From Thermoplasmata archaeon (GTDB taxonomy: Archaea; Thermoplasmatota; Thermoplasmata; Lutacidiplasmatales; UBA184), in NCBI GenBank assembly GCA_030038095.1, contig JASHPK010000035.1, forward strand, positions 26-64,025: a stretch of 64,000 nt of DNA, read 5' to 3'. This document shows, piece after piece, positions 30,301 to 39,691 of the stretch. Below the pieces are notes generated by a model. That model was not told the origin of the DNA, did not search any database, and saw only the letters and a program-made list of their open reading frames with translations. Both the position numbers and the translations under genes were made by a program. Position 1 is the first letter of the stretch; each line of letters starts with the position of its first letter.

Positions 30301-33300
30301 GAACGTCGTCCTCCCCGGCGCGACCGTCGGGGGTTCGGTCTACTGGAACATCGCGAACAACACGACCTACTCGCTCGGCGACATCAACGTGCCGGGGGCC
30401 CAGGTCGTCCTCTGGGGGACCGGGGGCCTCTCCAAGCTCACCGCGACGACCGACGTGAGCGGGACCTTCGCCCTCTCGAACGTTCCCCCGGGCGTCTACA
30501 ACATGAGCGTCCTGTACCAGGGGGCGAACTTCACCGAGGCCTCCGTCTACGCGGAGCCGGGCAACTTCTCGAACGCGACCGCCGGGCTCACCCCGGCGTC
30601 GATCACGGGGCTGTTGAGCGAGCCCGGCGGCGCGACCTCGACCGCGGCCGTCGCGGTCGTGAACTCCTACGGCCTCGCGATCTCCAACGTATCGAACTCG
30701 TCGGGCTACTACCACCTCACCGGACTCGGTCCGGGCAACTGGACGCTCTCGGCGTCGATCCCGGGGACGGACCTGAGGTCCCCCGGGCTCCAGTTCAACA
30801 TCTCGAAGCCGGGCACGAAGCTCTCCTTCAACCTCACGCTCGCGCCGAGCGTCGCCGTCACCGTGACCGCGGTCGCGAACGGGGCGCCGGCGGGCGGCGT
30901 GCCCGTTCGGTTCTCGGTGCTGTCGAGCTACCTCAACAGCTCGATCTCCCCGATCGGGGTGCTCTCGGCGGCGAGCGCGAACACGACCGTGGTGACGACC
31001 GATCCGAGCGGCGTGGCCACCGTCTACCTTCCGGCCGGCAACTACTCCGTGTACGCCCTCGGCTACGTGGGGAGCACCCTGTACGCCGGTACCACCGAGC
31101 TCACGGCGCTTCCGGCCGTCGGACCCAGCAGCGCCGTCCTGACCCTCTCCCCCGCCATCCGTCTCACGGGCACGGTTTCGGGCGGAGCGAGCCTCGGCAA
31201 CACGACCCGGACCGCGGTCATCGCGTACTCGAATTCGGCCACCGAGGTCACGGCCTGGGCGATGGCGAACGGGACGTACTCGTTCCTCCTCCCCCGGGGC
31301 AACTATAGCCTGCTCGCGCTGCGCAGTGCCTCCTCGGGCACGGGGGCGGTCTACGCGGCGCTCGGCGGGGTCGTGCTGACGGCCCCGTCCCAGGTGCCGC
31401 TGACCCTGTCGAGCGCGGTCGTGGCCCGATTCACGGTCGGCGCCGCGCTGCCGAGCGGAGCGTTCTTCCCGGCGGCGGCCGCCCAGGTCTCGATCTCGCA
31501 GGGGACGGGCGGGGCGAGCGTCCCGGTCGTGGCGAGCTCGTCGGGTCAGGTGGCGCTCTACCTGCCGTCGAGCCTGCCGCTCTCGTCGCCGACGTACTGC
31601 GTGTCGGCCCAGTCGATCGGCTTCTCGACGGCGAGCGATTGCGGTCTGACTCCGTCCTCCCTCGTCGCCCTGAGCCAGCTGCCGCTCCAGCTGCTCCCCG
31701 TCTCGGTGACGCTGCGGGTCGTCGGGCTTCCGCTCGGAGTCCCGGTCACGGTGAACCTGACGGCGGAGAGCGAGACCGCGCAGAACCGGACCCTCAACGG
31801 CGGGCCGGTCTTCTCGTTCAGTCAGGCGCCCGGGGTCTACGGGGTCGGCGCGCGCGCCACGCTCTCGAGCGGCAAGGTCGTCTACCTCCCGTCCTCGATC
31901 CTGCAGACGACGATCCCAATCGGCGCGACCACGACGGCGCTCACTCTCGGGCTCATCGCCCAGATCAACGCGACGGGGACCCTCTCCGTGCCGAGCGGCG
32001 TGAACGTCTCGCGCGTGAACATCTCCCTCTCCTCCCCGTTCCTGAACGTGAGCGTCAACGGCACGAACTACACGCACGGCTTCCGCGTGGCCCCGGGGAC
32101 GTACTCCGCGTACGCGAGCCTGAACTTGAACGGCACGCTCTACACGGACCTCTCCCGGGTGACGGTCGGTTCGAACGGGACGATCTTCCCGACGCTCGTC
32201 CTCAACACCCTCGCGGTCAAGGTCCAGGGATCGCTGAACTCGCCGTCGCATACGCTCCTCGAAACGAACCTGAACCTCACCCTCACCGCTCCGAGCGGCG
32301 CCTCGACGACGGTCGAGACCACGCAGGGCGCCTGGGTCGTCGACCTCCCGCCGAACACCAACTACTCGGTCCGCGCCTCCTCGTACTCGACGATCTCGGG
32401 GCCGAACGGCACGTACCAGGCCTACTGGACGACGAACGCGAGCGCGAGCTGTCTCGTCGGCCCGGGGCCGACGGACTGCAACCTGACGCTCTATCCCACG
32501 ACGATCTCGGTGCCGGTCACGCTCACCCTGAACGCGACCGGGATTCCCGGCCTCCAGCCCGGTTCGGTGCGGATCGTCGGACCCTACCCGTTCGCCAACG
32601 TCACGGTGCTCTCGACCACGAACGGGACGGTCGTCTCCGAGGTCCTGCCGGGGGCCTACTCGGTGTACGCGACCGGCGGCGGCGCGAGCAGTCCGCTCGC
32701 CGGGTTCGGCTCGTTCGTCGCCCTCCCATCGAGATCGGGTCCGTTCGCGATCTCCCTCGTCCCGGCGTGGATCGACGCGGTGCGGATCCTGACTCCGATC
32801 GGCACGTCGACGGGGCTCAGTCCGGCGAACCTCACGGTCCGCAACGCCGTCGGCACCACGGTCACGTTCACGAACGTGAGCGAGGGCCCGGTCGTTGACC
32901 TGGCCCTCCCGGTCGGCCGGTACACGATCTCCGCCTCGGCGATCGGGCGGCCGTACGGCGTCGCGACCGAGGCGACCGCTCGGGAGAACGCGACGCTCGT
33001 GAGCGGGAACCTCGCCACGAACCTCCAGCTCGTCTACCGGTTCCACCCGTCGGTGACGGGGACGGTGCTCGGGAGCTCGACCGTCACGGTGAGCGCCGGG
33101 GGCGTCGCCACCTTCAGCTATTCGGTGCGGAACACCGGCAACGAGCCGGTGGTCGTGCACGCCGTCGGCTCCCCGGCGTTCTGGGGCTTCAACTTCAGCG
33201 CGGGCAACCTCTCGCTCGGAGTCGGCACCGGACCGGTCGGGGAGACCGTCACCATCCACGTGCCGGCCGGCACGGCCGTCACGCACTCCCCGGTGGCGAT

Positions 33301-33910
33301 CTCGTTCGAGAACTCGACGAACGCGGTGGTGGGATCGGTGACGCCGGCCCCCGTCGTGAGGGTGCTCGGGTACTACGGCATCTCGGTCGGCACGAGTCCG
33401 AGCCTTCCGGCGGAGATCGGCAACGATCGGGCCCGGGCGCTCTTCTACGCCACGGACACCGGCAACCAGCCCGAGAGCGTTGTCTTCAGCGTCGTCAATG
33501 CGGGCCTGCTCTCGAGCTACGGCTGGAAGACCCAGATCGCGGAGAACGGCAAGAATCTCTCGAAACCGCTCTACCTGCAACCGAGCGGGAACTCGACGCT
33601 CACGGTCTACGTCAACGCGTCCAGCTCGATCTTCGTGCCGCCCCAGTACGTGACGGTCGCGGCGAGCGTGCTGAACGCGTCGGGGGCGGCCTCCGGGTCG
33701 GTGACGATCTCCCTCGCGATGATCTCCGTGAACACGACGAGCACGAACGGCTCCGCTCCGATCACGATCACCGGTCCCTCGATCGGCACCCCGCCGAACG
33801 TCCTGCCGGACTGGCTCATCGCGCTGCTCGCCTTCGTCCCGACGATCGCGCTGATCGCGCTGGTCCTCCTGTACCGCTGGAACCGCACTCGGAGGTGGTC
33901 GCGCCGATGA
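27302..33910 (+). CDS. aglB: Giant oligosaccharyltransferase AglB (STT3) fused to tandem beta-sandwich repeats and a C-terminal TM anchor
   Basis: GSDSYYHSR, multi-TM N-terminal region, TVAEAQ, SWWDYG, ADNFQ; then about 1300 aa of S/T/N/V-rich repeats (e.g. PGVYNMSV, PAGNYSVYA, PGAYSVYA) and a terminal TM plus RWNRTRRWSRR. Confidence 0.9.
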   Translation: MESTHTGWWKRHGWTVAILLAAFGSAFAIRTIWTYPIVAQYGALYTYAGGSDSYYHSRVMADIILTHSNLIHDPLLKYPTGAINPREPLFDWMNAILGIIFAPFFGGSAVGAGAWFLDLDGPLWAALSIFPIYLIGREISDRRMGLIAAMIYPFLSASIDSSIFGYANYLSFYTCIILVTVYAWIRTVKAVGSRRWVESYRHPSQYWPALRAFLRTERSAVKWAVFTGVSLGALALSWQGYTYAVVVIGLGVLISMVAERIRHVDSFGLYVAAWITGGIGFGMEFPYYFVQYGGVTPGFVAFFVIPAVVLFGILLLLLPFLLMRDVPWVFSLPFLAGIVLAGVAALAVFDPNDFTTIVTGQGYFIKSLIYSTVAEAQAPSIDQLIIGYGVVTFFLAFVGVALFVYVLIRGRFKRQHVAFLVFAILSIYLPITATKFFLVASPAFALLPAEAIYRALRIGRYPELRRTVASLSDRRSQFAAFRKAFKPRHVLVMALVVLIILPNVWVSIDAGIPGNTKTQFGEQVGATLPTWLQLNTSNPGQYYFGAAGTSLDTPNQYDSAGYNWLATQDTNIPPADRPALISWWDYGFQTIDQGQHPSVADNFQNGIDPSGQFLLSQNESQAIAVLTITLLQGEQRASGEPYLPPALNRILAYDGLNLATLHNLMVNTSADLPLVINNPQKYLPVNPSTITADNAMYLATEVYIASALPLAGVAQVYDNVQQYTGWSIRYVLADSRLFPFSGTDTGIYYAPADLTGRVINAAGEPTTFFNVTVLGSDGNTYPIGQLPADVSAVNYNINYFAPFYNSMIYRTYIGYNGTDIGLGSGIPCLTLNCSSAPLEPGWMLQHFQIVYMTSYYCPAHNAPSGSSCFSATNKPTALALAKADNGTADTSAASYFSGGETMLEYFPGQPLVGSVVTSDGTPVPGAHVTVDDSWGIPHDSVVTGADGSFSVVLPPGNDTVNVTMGTFDQLKQQGNIILKSVPIDVPEAVGMSFNAPSRMMNVVLPGATVGGSVYWNIANNTTYSLGDINVPGAQVVLWGTGGLSKLTATTDVSGTFALSNVPPGVYNMSVLYQGANFTEASVYAEPGNFSNATAGLTPASITGLLSEPGGATSTAAVAVVNSYGLAISNVSNSSGYYHLTGLGPGNWTLSASIPGTDLRSPGLQFNISKPGTKLSFNLTLAPSVAVTVTAVANGAPAGGVPVRFSVLSSYLNSSISPIGVLSAASANTTVVTTDPSGVATVYLPAGNYSVYALGYVGSTLYAGTTELTALPAVGPSSAVLTLSPAIRLTGTVSGGASLGNTTRTAVIAYSNSATEVTAWAMANGTYSFLLPRGNYSLLALRSASSGTGAVYAALGGVVLTAPSQVPLTLSSAVVARFTVGAALPSGAFFPAAAAQVSISQGTGGASVPVVASSSGQVALYLPSSLPLSSPTYCVSAQSIGFSTASDCGLTPSSLVALSQLPLQLLPVSVTLRVVGLPLGVPVTVNLTAESETAQNRTLNGGPVFSFSQAPGVYGVGARATLSSGKVVYLPSSILQTTIPIGATTTALTLGLIAQINATGTLSVPSGVNVSRVNISLSSPFLNVSVNGTNYTHGFRVAPGTYSAYASLNLNGTLYTDLSRVTVGSNGTIFPTLVLNTLAVKVQGSLNSPSHTLLETNLNLTLTAPSGASTTVETTQGAWVVDLPPNTNYSVRASSYSTISGPNGTYQAYWTTNASASCLVGPGPTDCNLTLYPTTISVPVTLTLNATGIPGLQPGSVRIVGPYPFANVTVLSTTNGTVVSEVLPGAYSVYATGGGASSPLAGFGSFVALPSRSGPFAISLVPAWIDAVRILTPIGTSTGLSPANLTVRNAVGTTVTFTNVSEGPVVDLALPVGRYTISASAIGRPYGVATEATARENATLVSGNLATNLQLVYRFHPSVTGTVLGSSTVTVSAGGVATFSYSVRNTGNEPVVVHAVGSPAFWGFNFSAGNLSLGVGTGPVGETVTIHVPAGTAVTHSPVAISFENSTNAVVGSVTPAPVVRVLGYYGISVGTSPSLPAEIGNDRARALFYATDTGNQPESVVFSVVNAGLLSSYGWKTQIAENGKNLSKPLYLQPSGNSTLTVYVNASSSIFVPPQYVTVAASVLNASGAASGSVTISLAMISVNTTSTNGSAPITITGPSIGTPPNVLPDWLIALLAFVPTIALIALVLLYRWNRTRRWSRR

Positions 33911-34755
33911 GCCTTCGCCGATCGGCTCCTCGCGTCGCCATCGTCCTCGCCCTGCTGCTCACCGCCGCGGTGCTCGCCTCCGCCCTCGCTCTTCCGACCA
34001 GCGGCCGAAGCCCGGCGACCTCGCCGCTCGCCACCGCGGCGAACCCGGTCACCGCCTCGGTCGGCGGCACGCACCTCATCGGGGTCGGGGGCCATGCCGG
34101 CTACTTCTTCAACGCGACCGGCGGCCCCGCGTATGCCGCGAACGGCTCGCGGGTGGGGAACCTGACCTACTACGCGAGCGTCTCGGGGACGAACACCACG
34201 GGAGTGACCCTCAACCCCGACCAGGAGGCGATCTTCAACGGTTCGTCCTCCGTCTCGACCCTCACCGTGAACTCGGTGCCGCAAACGCTGACGATCAACG
34301 TGATGTTCAGCTCGGTCTACCGGGGGGCGAACGAATCGGTGAACCTCACCTACACCGTCAACATCGTCGCGCCGTACGTCCTGTCGGCGACGATCGTCGA
34401 CGTCTCCTCGTCCGACGTGATCAGCTTCCCCGTCGACATCTACCTCGACGGGAATTTCGTCGGGAACGTCACGGTCTCGACCCTGAGCCCGAGCACGCCG
34501 TACCACTTCTCGTTCGATTACCTGACCCTCGGCCTCTCGCCGGGGTGGCACACGTTCTCGATCTCGCTCGCGAGCGAGCACGGGCTCGTCGTCTTCGCGG
34601 GCGGCGCCACGTCGTTCTCCCAGTCGTTCTACGTTCCCGGACCGGCCCCGAACTACACCCTCTGGTACATCGTCGGGATCGTCGCGTTCGTCGGGACCAT
34701 CTTTATATTGCTCACTCGGGTGGCCGCGCGCCGGCGGGGCGCGGCGCGCAAGTAG
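33907..34755 (+). CDS. Secreted Ig/CARDB-like protein with C-terminal membrane anchor
   Basis: Signal peptide, beta-rich body with several N-x-S/T sequons, C-terminal TM plus basic tail; ATGA overlap with aglB. Confidence 0.75.
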   Translation: MSLRRSAPRVAIVLALLLTAAVLASALALPTSGRSPATSPLATAANPVTASVGGTHLIGVGGHAGYFFNATGGPAYAANGSRVGNLTYYASVSGTNTTGVTLNPDQEAIFNGSSSVSTLTVNSVPQTLTINVMFSSVYRGANESVNLTYTVNIVAPYVLSATIVDVSSSDVISFPVDIYLDGNFVGNVTVSTLSPSTPYHFSFDYLTLGLSPGWHTFSISLASEHGLVVFAGGATSFSQSFYVPGPAPNYTLWYIVGIVAFVGTIFILLTRVAARRRGAARK

Positions 34756-34779
34756 CCCCGCGGTCCTCGGGGTGCTCTC

Positions 34780-34959
34780 ATGACGATGTCCGGACGGGTC
34801 GACCTACGGTGCAGCTCCTGTGGCCGGGCGCTGCCCGGGCCCGGCGGGACCCAGTTCCCCTGTCCGCAGTGCGGGGAGGCGACCATCGGGCGGTGCGCCC
34901 GGTGTCGCGACCAGAGCGTGAACTACGCCTGCGGCAAGTGCGGCTTCGAAGGGCCGTAG
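34780..34959 (+). CDS. Small Zn-ribbon protein (DUF1610/HVO_2753-like)
   Basis: Manual translation MTMSGRVDLRCSSCGRALPGPGGTQFPCPQCGEATIGRCARCRDQSVNYACGKCGFEGP; four CxxC; usual position upstream of aEF-1beta. Confidence 0.9.
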   Translation: MTMSGRVDLRCSSCGRALPGPGGTQFPCPQCGEATIGRCARCRDQSVNYACGKCGFEGP

Positions 34960-34975
34960 GGGGGCGAGCCGACCG

Positions 34976-35242
34976 ATGGGCCAGGTCGCGGTGCTCTTCC
35001 GCCTGATGCCCCGCGGCGTGGAGACCGACATGCGCGCGCTCGCTCAGGGCGTGCGCGCGGCGGTCCCCGACGGCGTGACGATCCGCGGGATGCAGGTGAA
35101 GGACATCGCCTTCGGGTTGAAGAGCCTCCTCGTCTCCGTCGTGATGGCGGACGCGGGCGGCGTACTGGAGTCGACCGAGCACGCCCTCGCCAAGGTCCCC
35201 CACGTCGAGTCGGTCGAGGTGATGGAGGAGGGGCTGATCTAG
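34976..35242 (+). CDS. ef1b: Translation elongation factor aEF-1beta
   Basis: MGQVAVLFRLMP, IAFGLKSL, VESVEV; 88 aa. Confidence 0.92.
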   Translation: MGQVAVLFRLMPRGVETDMRALAQGVRAAVPDGVTIRGMQVKDIAFGLKSLLVSVVMADAGGVLESTEHALAKVPHVESVEVMEEGLI

Positions 35243-35258
35243 CCCGCGCCGCTCGACC

Positions 35259-36242
35259 GTGGACCTGCTCACCCACGTTCTCGTCGCCTACCTCGTCACG
35301 TTCGGGATCGTCGGTCCCCAGCCCCAGTACCTCGCGGCCGGCGCCCTCGCCGGCGGGTTGCCCGACGCGGACGCGCTGCTCTTCCCGATCGCGCGCCGGT
35401 TCCCGATCTTCCGCCACCACGGGATCACCCATTCTCTCTTCGGCGTCACGGTGGTCGCGGTCGTGGGCGCGTTCCTCGCGCCGCTGATCCTCCCCGGGTC
35501 GGCGTGGGTCTACTTCCTCGTCATGGAGGTCGGCGGGGCGTGCCACATCCTCCAGGACGGGTTCACGAACTTCTCGGTACCCCCGCTCCTTCCGTTCTCG
35601 GAACGCCGGCTCGAGGTCGACGCGGACCGCGCCATCAACTTCGTCACGCTCGTGGTGAGCTCGGTGGCCTTCTACCTCCTCCTCGGCGTCGAGCGCAACC
35701 ACGTCGGCCCGGCGGTCTACCTCTACACCGTCTACGGGCTGATGGCGTTCTTCGTGGCGTACTTCGCGATCCGCCTCACCGGACGGCTCGTGATCGGCCG
35801 GCACCGGGCCGCCCTCGACCCGGCGGCGGTGCCGGTCCCCACGGGGAACCCGTTCACCTGGCTCCTGCTCGCCGAGCGGCACGCGAACGGTCGGGTCCGG
35901 ACCACGTGGGCCCGCTACGTCCTCGGCCGCGGGCTCGTGGACGGCCCCCACGCGGTGGAGGCGCCGATCGAGGCGACGCCGCACTCCGGCCGCCCGACGA
36001 GCGCCGCCGAGGCGCTCGAGTGGTCGTACCCGCTCGCCCGCGCCCGGAGCCGGATCCTCGAGATGACCTACCACTTCGGCGAGGCCTACGAGACCGCGGC
36101 GGGGGCCTGGACGGCGGTATGGTACTCCCTCGAGTTCACGATGTTCGGTCGGGCCTCCGCCGTCCGCGTCCAGTTCCCGGCGGACGGGGGGACCCCCGAG
36201 GTGAAGTCGGCGTTCTACCGGCCCCTGCACCCGGCGTACTGA
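35259..36242 (+). CDS. YdjM-like membrane metal-dependent hydrolase
   Basis: MDLLTH, LPDAD, HHGITHSL, HILQD. Confidence 0.82.
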   Translation: MDLLTHVLVAYLVTFGIVGPQPQYLAAGALAGGLPDADALLFPIARRFPIFRHHGITHSLFGVTVVAVVGAFLAPLILPGSAWVYFLVMEVGGACHILQDGFTNFSVPPLLPFSERRLEVDADRAINFVTLVVSSVAFYLLLGVERNHVGPAVYLYTVYGLMAFFVAYFAIRLTGRLVIGRHRAALDPAAVPVPTGNPFTWLLLAERHANGRVRTTWARYVLGRGLVDGPHAVEAPIEATPHSGRPTSAAEALEWSYPLARARSRILEMTYHFGEAYETAAGAWTAVWYSLEFTMFGRASAVRVQFPADGGTPEVKSAFYRPLHPAY

Positions 36243-36297
36243 CCGCGGCGGGAGAGCCCCCCGATTTCCGTGCGCCCCGTTCCGGAGCGGGTCGGGA

Positions 36298-36576
36298 TCA
36301 CTTGTACGTCGACTGGTGCGTCGTCCCCTCGTCGTCGACGATGGTGATGCATTCACCCTCGCACTCGAAGAGACAGGCCTCGCACATGATGCAGTCGGGG
36401 CCGTGGATCACGGCGGACTTCTCGGCGCGGAACTGGAACTTCGCGGCTACGGCGGGGTCATCGACGACGTTCGGCCAGTTCTCGCGCGGCTGCATCTCGA
36501 AGACCGTCACGGGGCAGACATCCCGGCAGTGACTGCAGCCCGTACACTTCTCATGGGCCACCTCGACGCTGACCAT
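36298..36576 (-). CDS. 2x[4Fe-4S] ferredoxin
   Basis: CTGCSHCRDVCP and CIMCEACLFEC; alternative GTG start at 36597. Confidence 0.88.
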   Translation of the reverse strand: MVSVEVAHEKCTGCSHCRDVCPVTVFEMQPRENWPNVVDDPAVAAKFQFRAEKSAVIHGPDCIMCEACLFECEGECITIVDDEGTTHQSTYK

Positions 36577-36687
36577 GTGAATACCCGGCGCGCTCACCGA
36601 TGCCGGATATATTAGGTCGCGCGCGAACGCGCGTGGACGCGCCGATCCGGGGGCGTCGCCGACCCATGCGTCGGCAAGGTTCGGCGC

Positions 36688-37530
36688 CTACGGGATGTCC
36701 GTCGGATCCCACGAGATGTGGCGCCCGGTCGCGAGCCCGTCGAGCCGGGCGACCTCGTCCGGCGCGAGCGCGAAGTCGAAGACCCGGGCGTTCTCCTCGA
36801 TCCGTTCGCGGTGGACCGACTTTGGGATCTCGACCACGCCATGCTGGAGCCCCCAGCGGAGGAGGATCTGCGCGGGGCTATGGTGGTGGGCCCGGGCGAT
36901 CGCTTGGATCGTCGCGTCGTCGAGGTTTCGCCCCCGGGTGAGGGGCGAGTACGCCTCGAGGCGAATGCCGTGCTTCGCGCAGTACTCGAGCAGCGCCGGG
37001 TCGTAGACGTACGGGTGGAACTCGACCTGGTTCACGGCCGGCAGGACCTCGGAGTGGGTCCGCAGCTCCTCGAGATGCCGGATCGTGTAGTTGCTCACCC
37101 CGATCGAGCGACAGAGCCCCTCGCGCTGGAGCTTCTCGAGCGCGCGCCAGGTCCCGAGCCGCTCCTCGGGGGATTTCGCTCGCGGCCAGTGGATGAGGTA
37201 GAGGTCGATGGGCCCGAGACCCAGCCGATCGAGGCTCGTCCGACCCGCGGCGAGGGCGGGCTCGAAGCCGTGGTCGGTGTGCCAGAGCTTCGTCGTGACG
37301 AAGACTTCGTCCCGCGGAAGGCCGCTCGAACGGACCGCGGCCCCGACGTCGCTCTCGTTGCCGTACATCGCCGCCGTGTCGATGAGCCGGTAGCCGGTCT
37401 CGAGGGCCCAGCCGACCGCGTCTCGGGTGGCCCGGCCGGGGGGGCTCTGGAACACTCCGAGCCCGAGCCAAGGGATCTCGGGTCCCTGATTGAGGGCGAC
37501 CCGCGCGTTCAGCGAGGTAGGCGCCGACAT
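36688..37530 (-). CDS. Aldo/keto reductase
   Basis: GLGVFQ, GYRLIDTAAMYGNE, LYLIHWP, IGVSNY, NQVEFHP, IPKS. Confidence 0.95.
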   Translation of the reverse strand: MSAPTSLNARVALNQGPEIPWLGLGVFQSPPGRATRDAVGWALETGYRLIDTAAMYGNESDVGAAVRSSGLPRDEVFVTTKLWHTDHGFEPALAAGRTSLDRLGLGPIDLYLIHWPRAKSPEERLGTWRALEKLQREGLCRSIGVSNYTIRHLEELRTHSEVLPAVNQVEFHPYVYDPALLEYCAKHGIRLEAYSPLTRGRNLDDATIQAIARAHHHSPAQILLRWGLQHGVVEIPKSVHRERIEENARVFDFALAPDEVARLDGLATGRHISWDPTDIP

Positions 37531-37579
37531 GCGACGCCCACGGCACGGTCCGCCATAGCTTGGAGGGCGCGCGAGGGGC

Positions 37580-37873
37580 CTAGGCGCGCCCCGCGGGGGT
37601 CGTCGGGGAACGGAAGCGGCTCGCGTGACCCTCTCCGACCCACCGGGCGTCGTACGTCCGCAGTTGGCCCTCGTGGTCCGGGCAGAGCAGGAACGAACGC
37701 CATTCCGCGCTCGACGAGCGGACGTCGGCCGAGGCGCCGAACAGCTCGACTCGATGGGGGCGGTCGTCGCACGGCCCGCCGCTGCCGTCCTCGGGGTCGC
37801 CCAGGACCGGACGGTAGGCGAAGTCGAATGCGGCGCCCATCTCGCACAGGGGCCGCTGGAACAGATGGCTCAT
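37580..37873 (-). CDS. Small Cys/His-containing hypothetical protein
   Basis: 97 aa ORF with LCEM, PCDD, LCPDH; co-oriented between the GYD and AKR genes. Confidence 0.55.
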   Translation of the reverse strand: MSHLFQRPLCEMGAAFDFAYRPVLGDPEDGSGGPCDDRPHRVELFGASADVRSSSAEWRSFLLCPDHEGQLRTYDARWVGEGHASRFRSPTTPAGRA

Positions 37874-37899
37874 GCCGACGGACCGCGACCGACGCGCGG

Positions 37900-38190
37900 T
37901 CAGATCTTCGCGACGAGCTGGCTGAACTCGGTCGCCGACCAGCCCTTCAGCGTCGTCGTTCGGACGAAGCCCTGCATGCCGACCCGGATCGCGATCTGGT
38001 TGGCGATCTCGTCGTTCGGCAGCTCGACCGCCGCCACGGCATCGTACGCCCCCATCGTGTGGAGGTCGAGGAGCACCCGGCCGCCCGCCGCCTCCACCGC
38101 CTTGTGGAATGCGTCGGACCGCTGCGGAGCCTGCTTCACGTTTCGGATTCCCTCGGCGGTCCAGCTGATGAGATAGACGTAGTACGCCAT
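37900..38190 (-). CDS. GYD-domain protein
   Basis: MAYYVYLISWTAEGIRNVK..TMGAYD..VRTTTLK; 96 aa. Confidence 0.85.
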   Translation of the reverse strand: MAYYVYLISWTAEGIRNVKQAPQRSDAFHKAVEAAGGRVLLDLHTMGAYDAVAAVELPNDEIANQIAIRVGMQGFVRTTTLKGWSATEFSQLVAKI

Positions 38191-38331
38191 GCGACCCTCG
38201 CGGGGGAAGTCGGCTCCCGGTACAAAAGCGGTTCGACCTGGCCCGCCCGGCGCGTCCGCGACCGCTAAAGCCTCCCCTCGGGTGGACCCTCGGATCCCGA
38301 CGCGGTCCGGACCGTTCGGGGACTCCGCAGG

Positions 38332-39162
38332 ATGGCGATCGAGGAGCTGCCGAAGGCCCGGATCGCGTACGAACTCCGGGGACGGGGTGGGGATCCGACC
38401 GTGCTGATCCACGGATCGTGGGTCGACCGGCGCTCCTGGGATCTCGTGGTCCCGGGGCTCGCGCACTCGTTGGACGTGCTCAGCTACGATCGCCGCGGCC
38501 ACGGGGAGAGCACCGGAGCGGCCCGCATCCGCCCGGTCGAGGACGATGCCTCCGATCTCGCGTCGCTTCTCGAGGCGCGGAACCACTTTCCGGCCCACCT
38601 CGTCGCGCACTCCTACGGCGCGGCCGTGGCGCTCCGCCTGGCGCAGGAGCGCCCCGAGCTCGTCCGCAGTCTCGCGCTCCACGAGCCGCCCTTCGTGGGG
38701 CTGCTGCTGGACGACCCCGCCACGAGGTCCGAAGCGGAGTTCCTGATCGCCGAGGCGCGTCGCGCCCAAGCCCTCGTGCGCTCGGGGAACTCCGAACGCG
38801 CGGTCCACGAGGCGCTCGAAGTGTTCACCCTCGAGCCCGGGGCGTGGGGCCGGCTCCCGTCGGCGGTGCGCTCGGGGTTCGTGCGCCACGCCGAACGATG
38901 GGTCGAAGAGCTGGACGATCCGGCGATGCTGCTTCCGGATCCGGGTCCGTTCCGAGAGCTCCTCGTTCCGGCGCTCCTCACGTATGGGGGTCAGAGCCCG
39001 GGCTTCCTGCGACGGGTGACCGAACGGCTCGCTTCCGCGATCCCGAACGCTCGGCTCCAGGAGATCCCGGAATCGGGCCACGTGCCCCACCTCACGGGCC
39101 CGGACCGGTACGTCGGGGTGCTTCTCACGTTCCTCGTAGAGCGGGACGTTCCGGTGACCTGA
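38332..39162 (+). CDS. Alpha/beta hydrolase
   Basis: VLIHGSW, YDRRGHGES, AHSYG nucleophile elbow, GHVPH. Confidence 0.9.
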   Translation: MAIEELPKARIAYELRGRGGDPTVLIHGSWVDRRSWDLVVPGLAHSLDVLSYDRRGHGESTGAARIRPVEDDASDLASLLEARNHFPAHLVAHSYGAAVALRLAQERPELVRSLALHEPPFVGLLLDDPATRSEAEFLIAEARRAQALVRSGNSERAVHEALEVFTLEPGAWGRLPSAVRSGFVRHAERWVEELDDPAMLLPDPGPFRELLVPALLTYGGQSPGFLRRVTERLASAIPNARLQEIPESGHVPHLTGPDRYVGVLLTFLVERDVPVT

Positions 39163-39691
39163 GCTTGCGCCAGGCGGCCGGAGCCGCGCTCCGGGAGGAG
39201 CGGCACTTCGGGCAACGCGGCCGCTCGGCGGTCGCCACGTCGGTGAAGAACACGACTCCGCGCCGCAGATGCCGGAAGCACGCGAACAGACGTCGGGCGA
39301 TGCCGCGGCGATCCTCGAACGGATAGAGTCTCCAGTAGGTGCCTCGGACCTCGGTCCCCGGAGGGGCGAGTGCGAGCCACCGTTCTGCCGCCCGTCCGAG
39401 CTCGGGACCGTGGCGGCGGGCGGACCTGAGATCGTGCGGGCGAACCAGGGTCTCGGGGGCCGATAGCCCTCGCAGCGTCCGCCCGACGTCGGGGGTCGGG
39501 TCCCGCTTCGAGATCTCGAAATAGGAGACGACCGAGACCGCGCCCCCGGGACACGCGTACACCTGCCATAGGCCAGGGAGGGCCGAACGAAACCGGCGGG
39601 GGTGAATCGCCCGGTCGCAGTGCCGGTAGCACTTCGGTGCGTCCGGAGCGAGGGCCTTCCGCACGACCGGGGGCAGACGCCGGGCTCTCAC
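39125..39691 (-). CDS. Hypothetical Cys-rich (putative metal-binding) protein
   Basis: GTGA-coupled to the upstream thioredoxin-like gene; CYRHC, CPGG, CFRH, CPKC. Confidence 0.55.
   Translation of the reverse strand: MRARRLPPVVRKALAPDAPKCYRHCDRAIHPRRFRSALPGLWQVYACPGGAVSVVSYFEISKRDPTPDVGRTLRGLSAPETLVRPHDLRSARRHGPELGRAAERWLALAPPGTEVRGTYWRLYPFEDRRGIARRLFACFRHLRRGVVFFTDVATAERPRCPKCRSSRSAAPAAWRKLRSPERPALRGT

Noticed and set aside
28064..33580. 1838-aa antisense ORF, and many other long Arg/Pro/Gly-rich overlapping ORFs
   Set aside because: Shadow frames of GC-rich genes; no recognisable motifs and fully overlapping confident CDSs.
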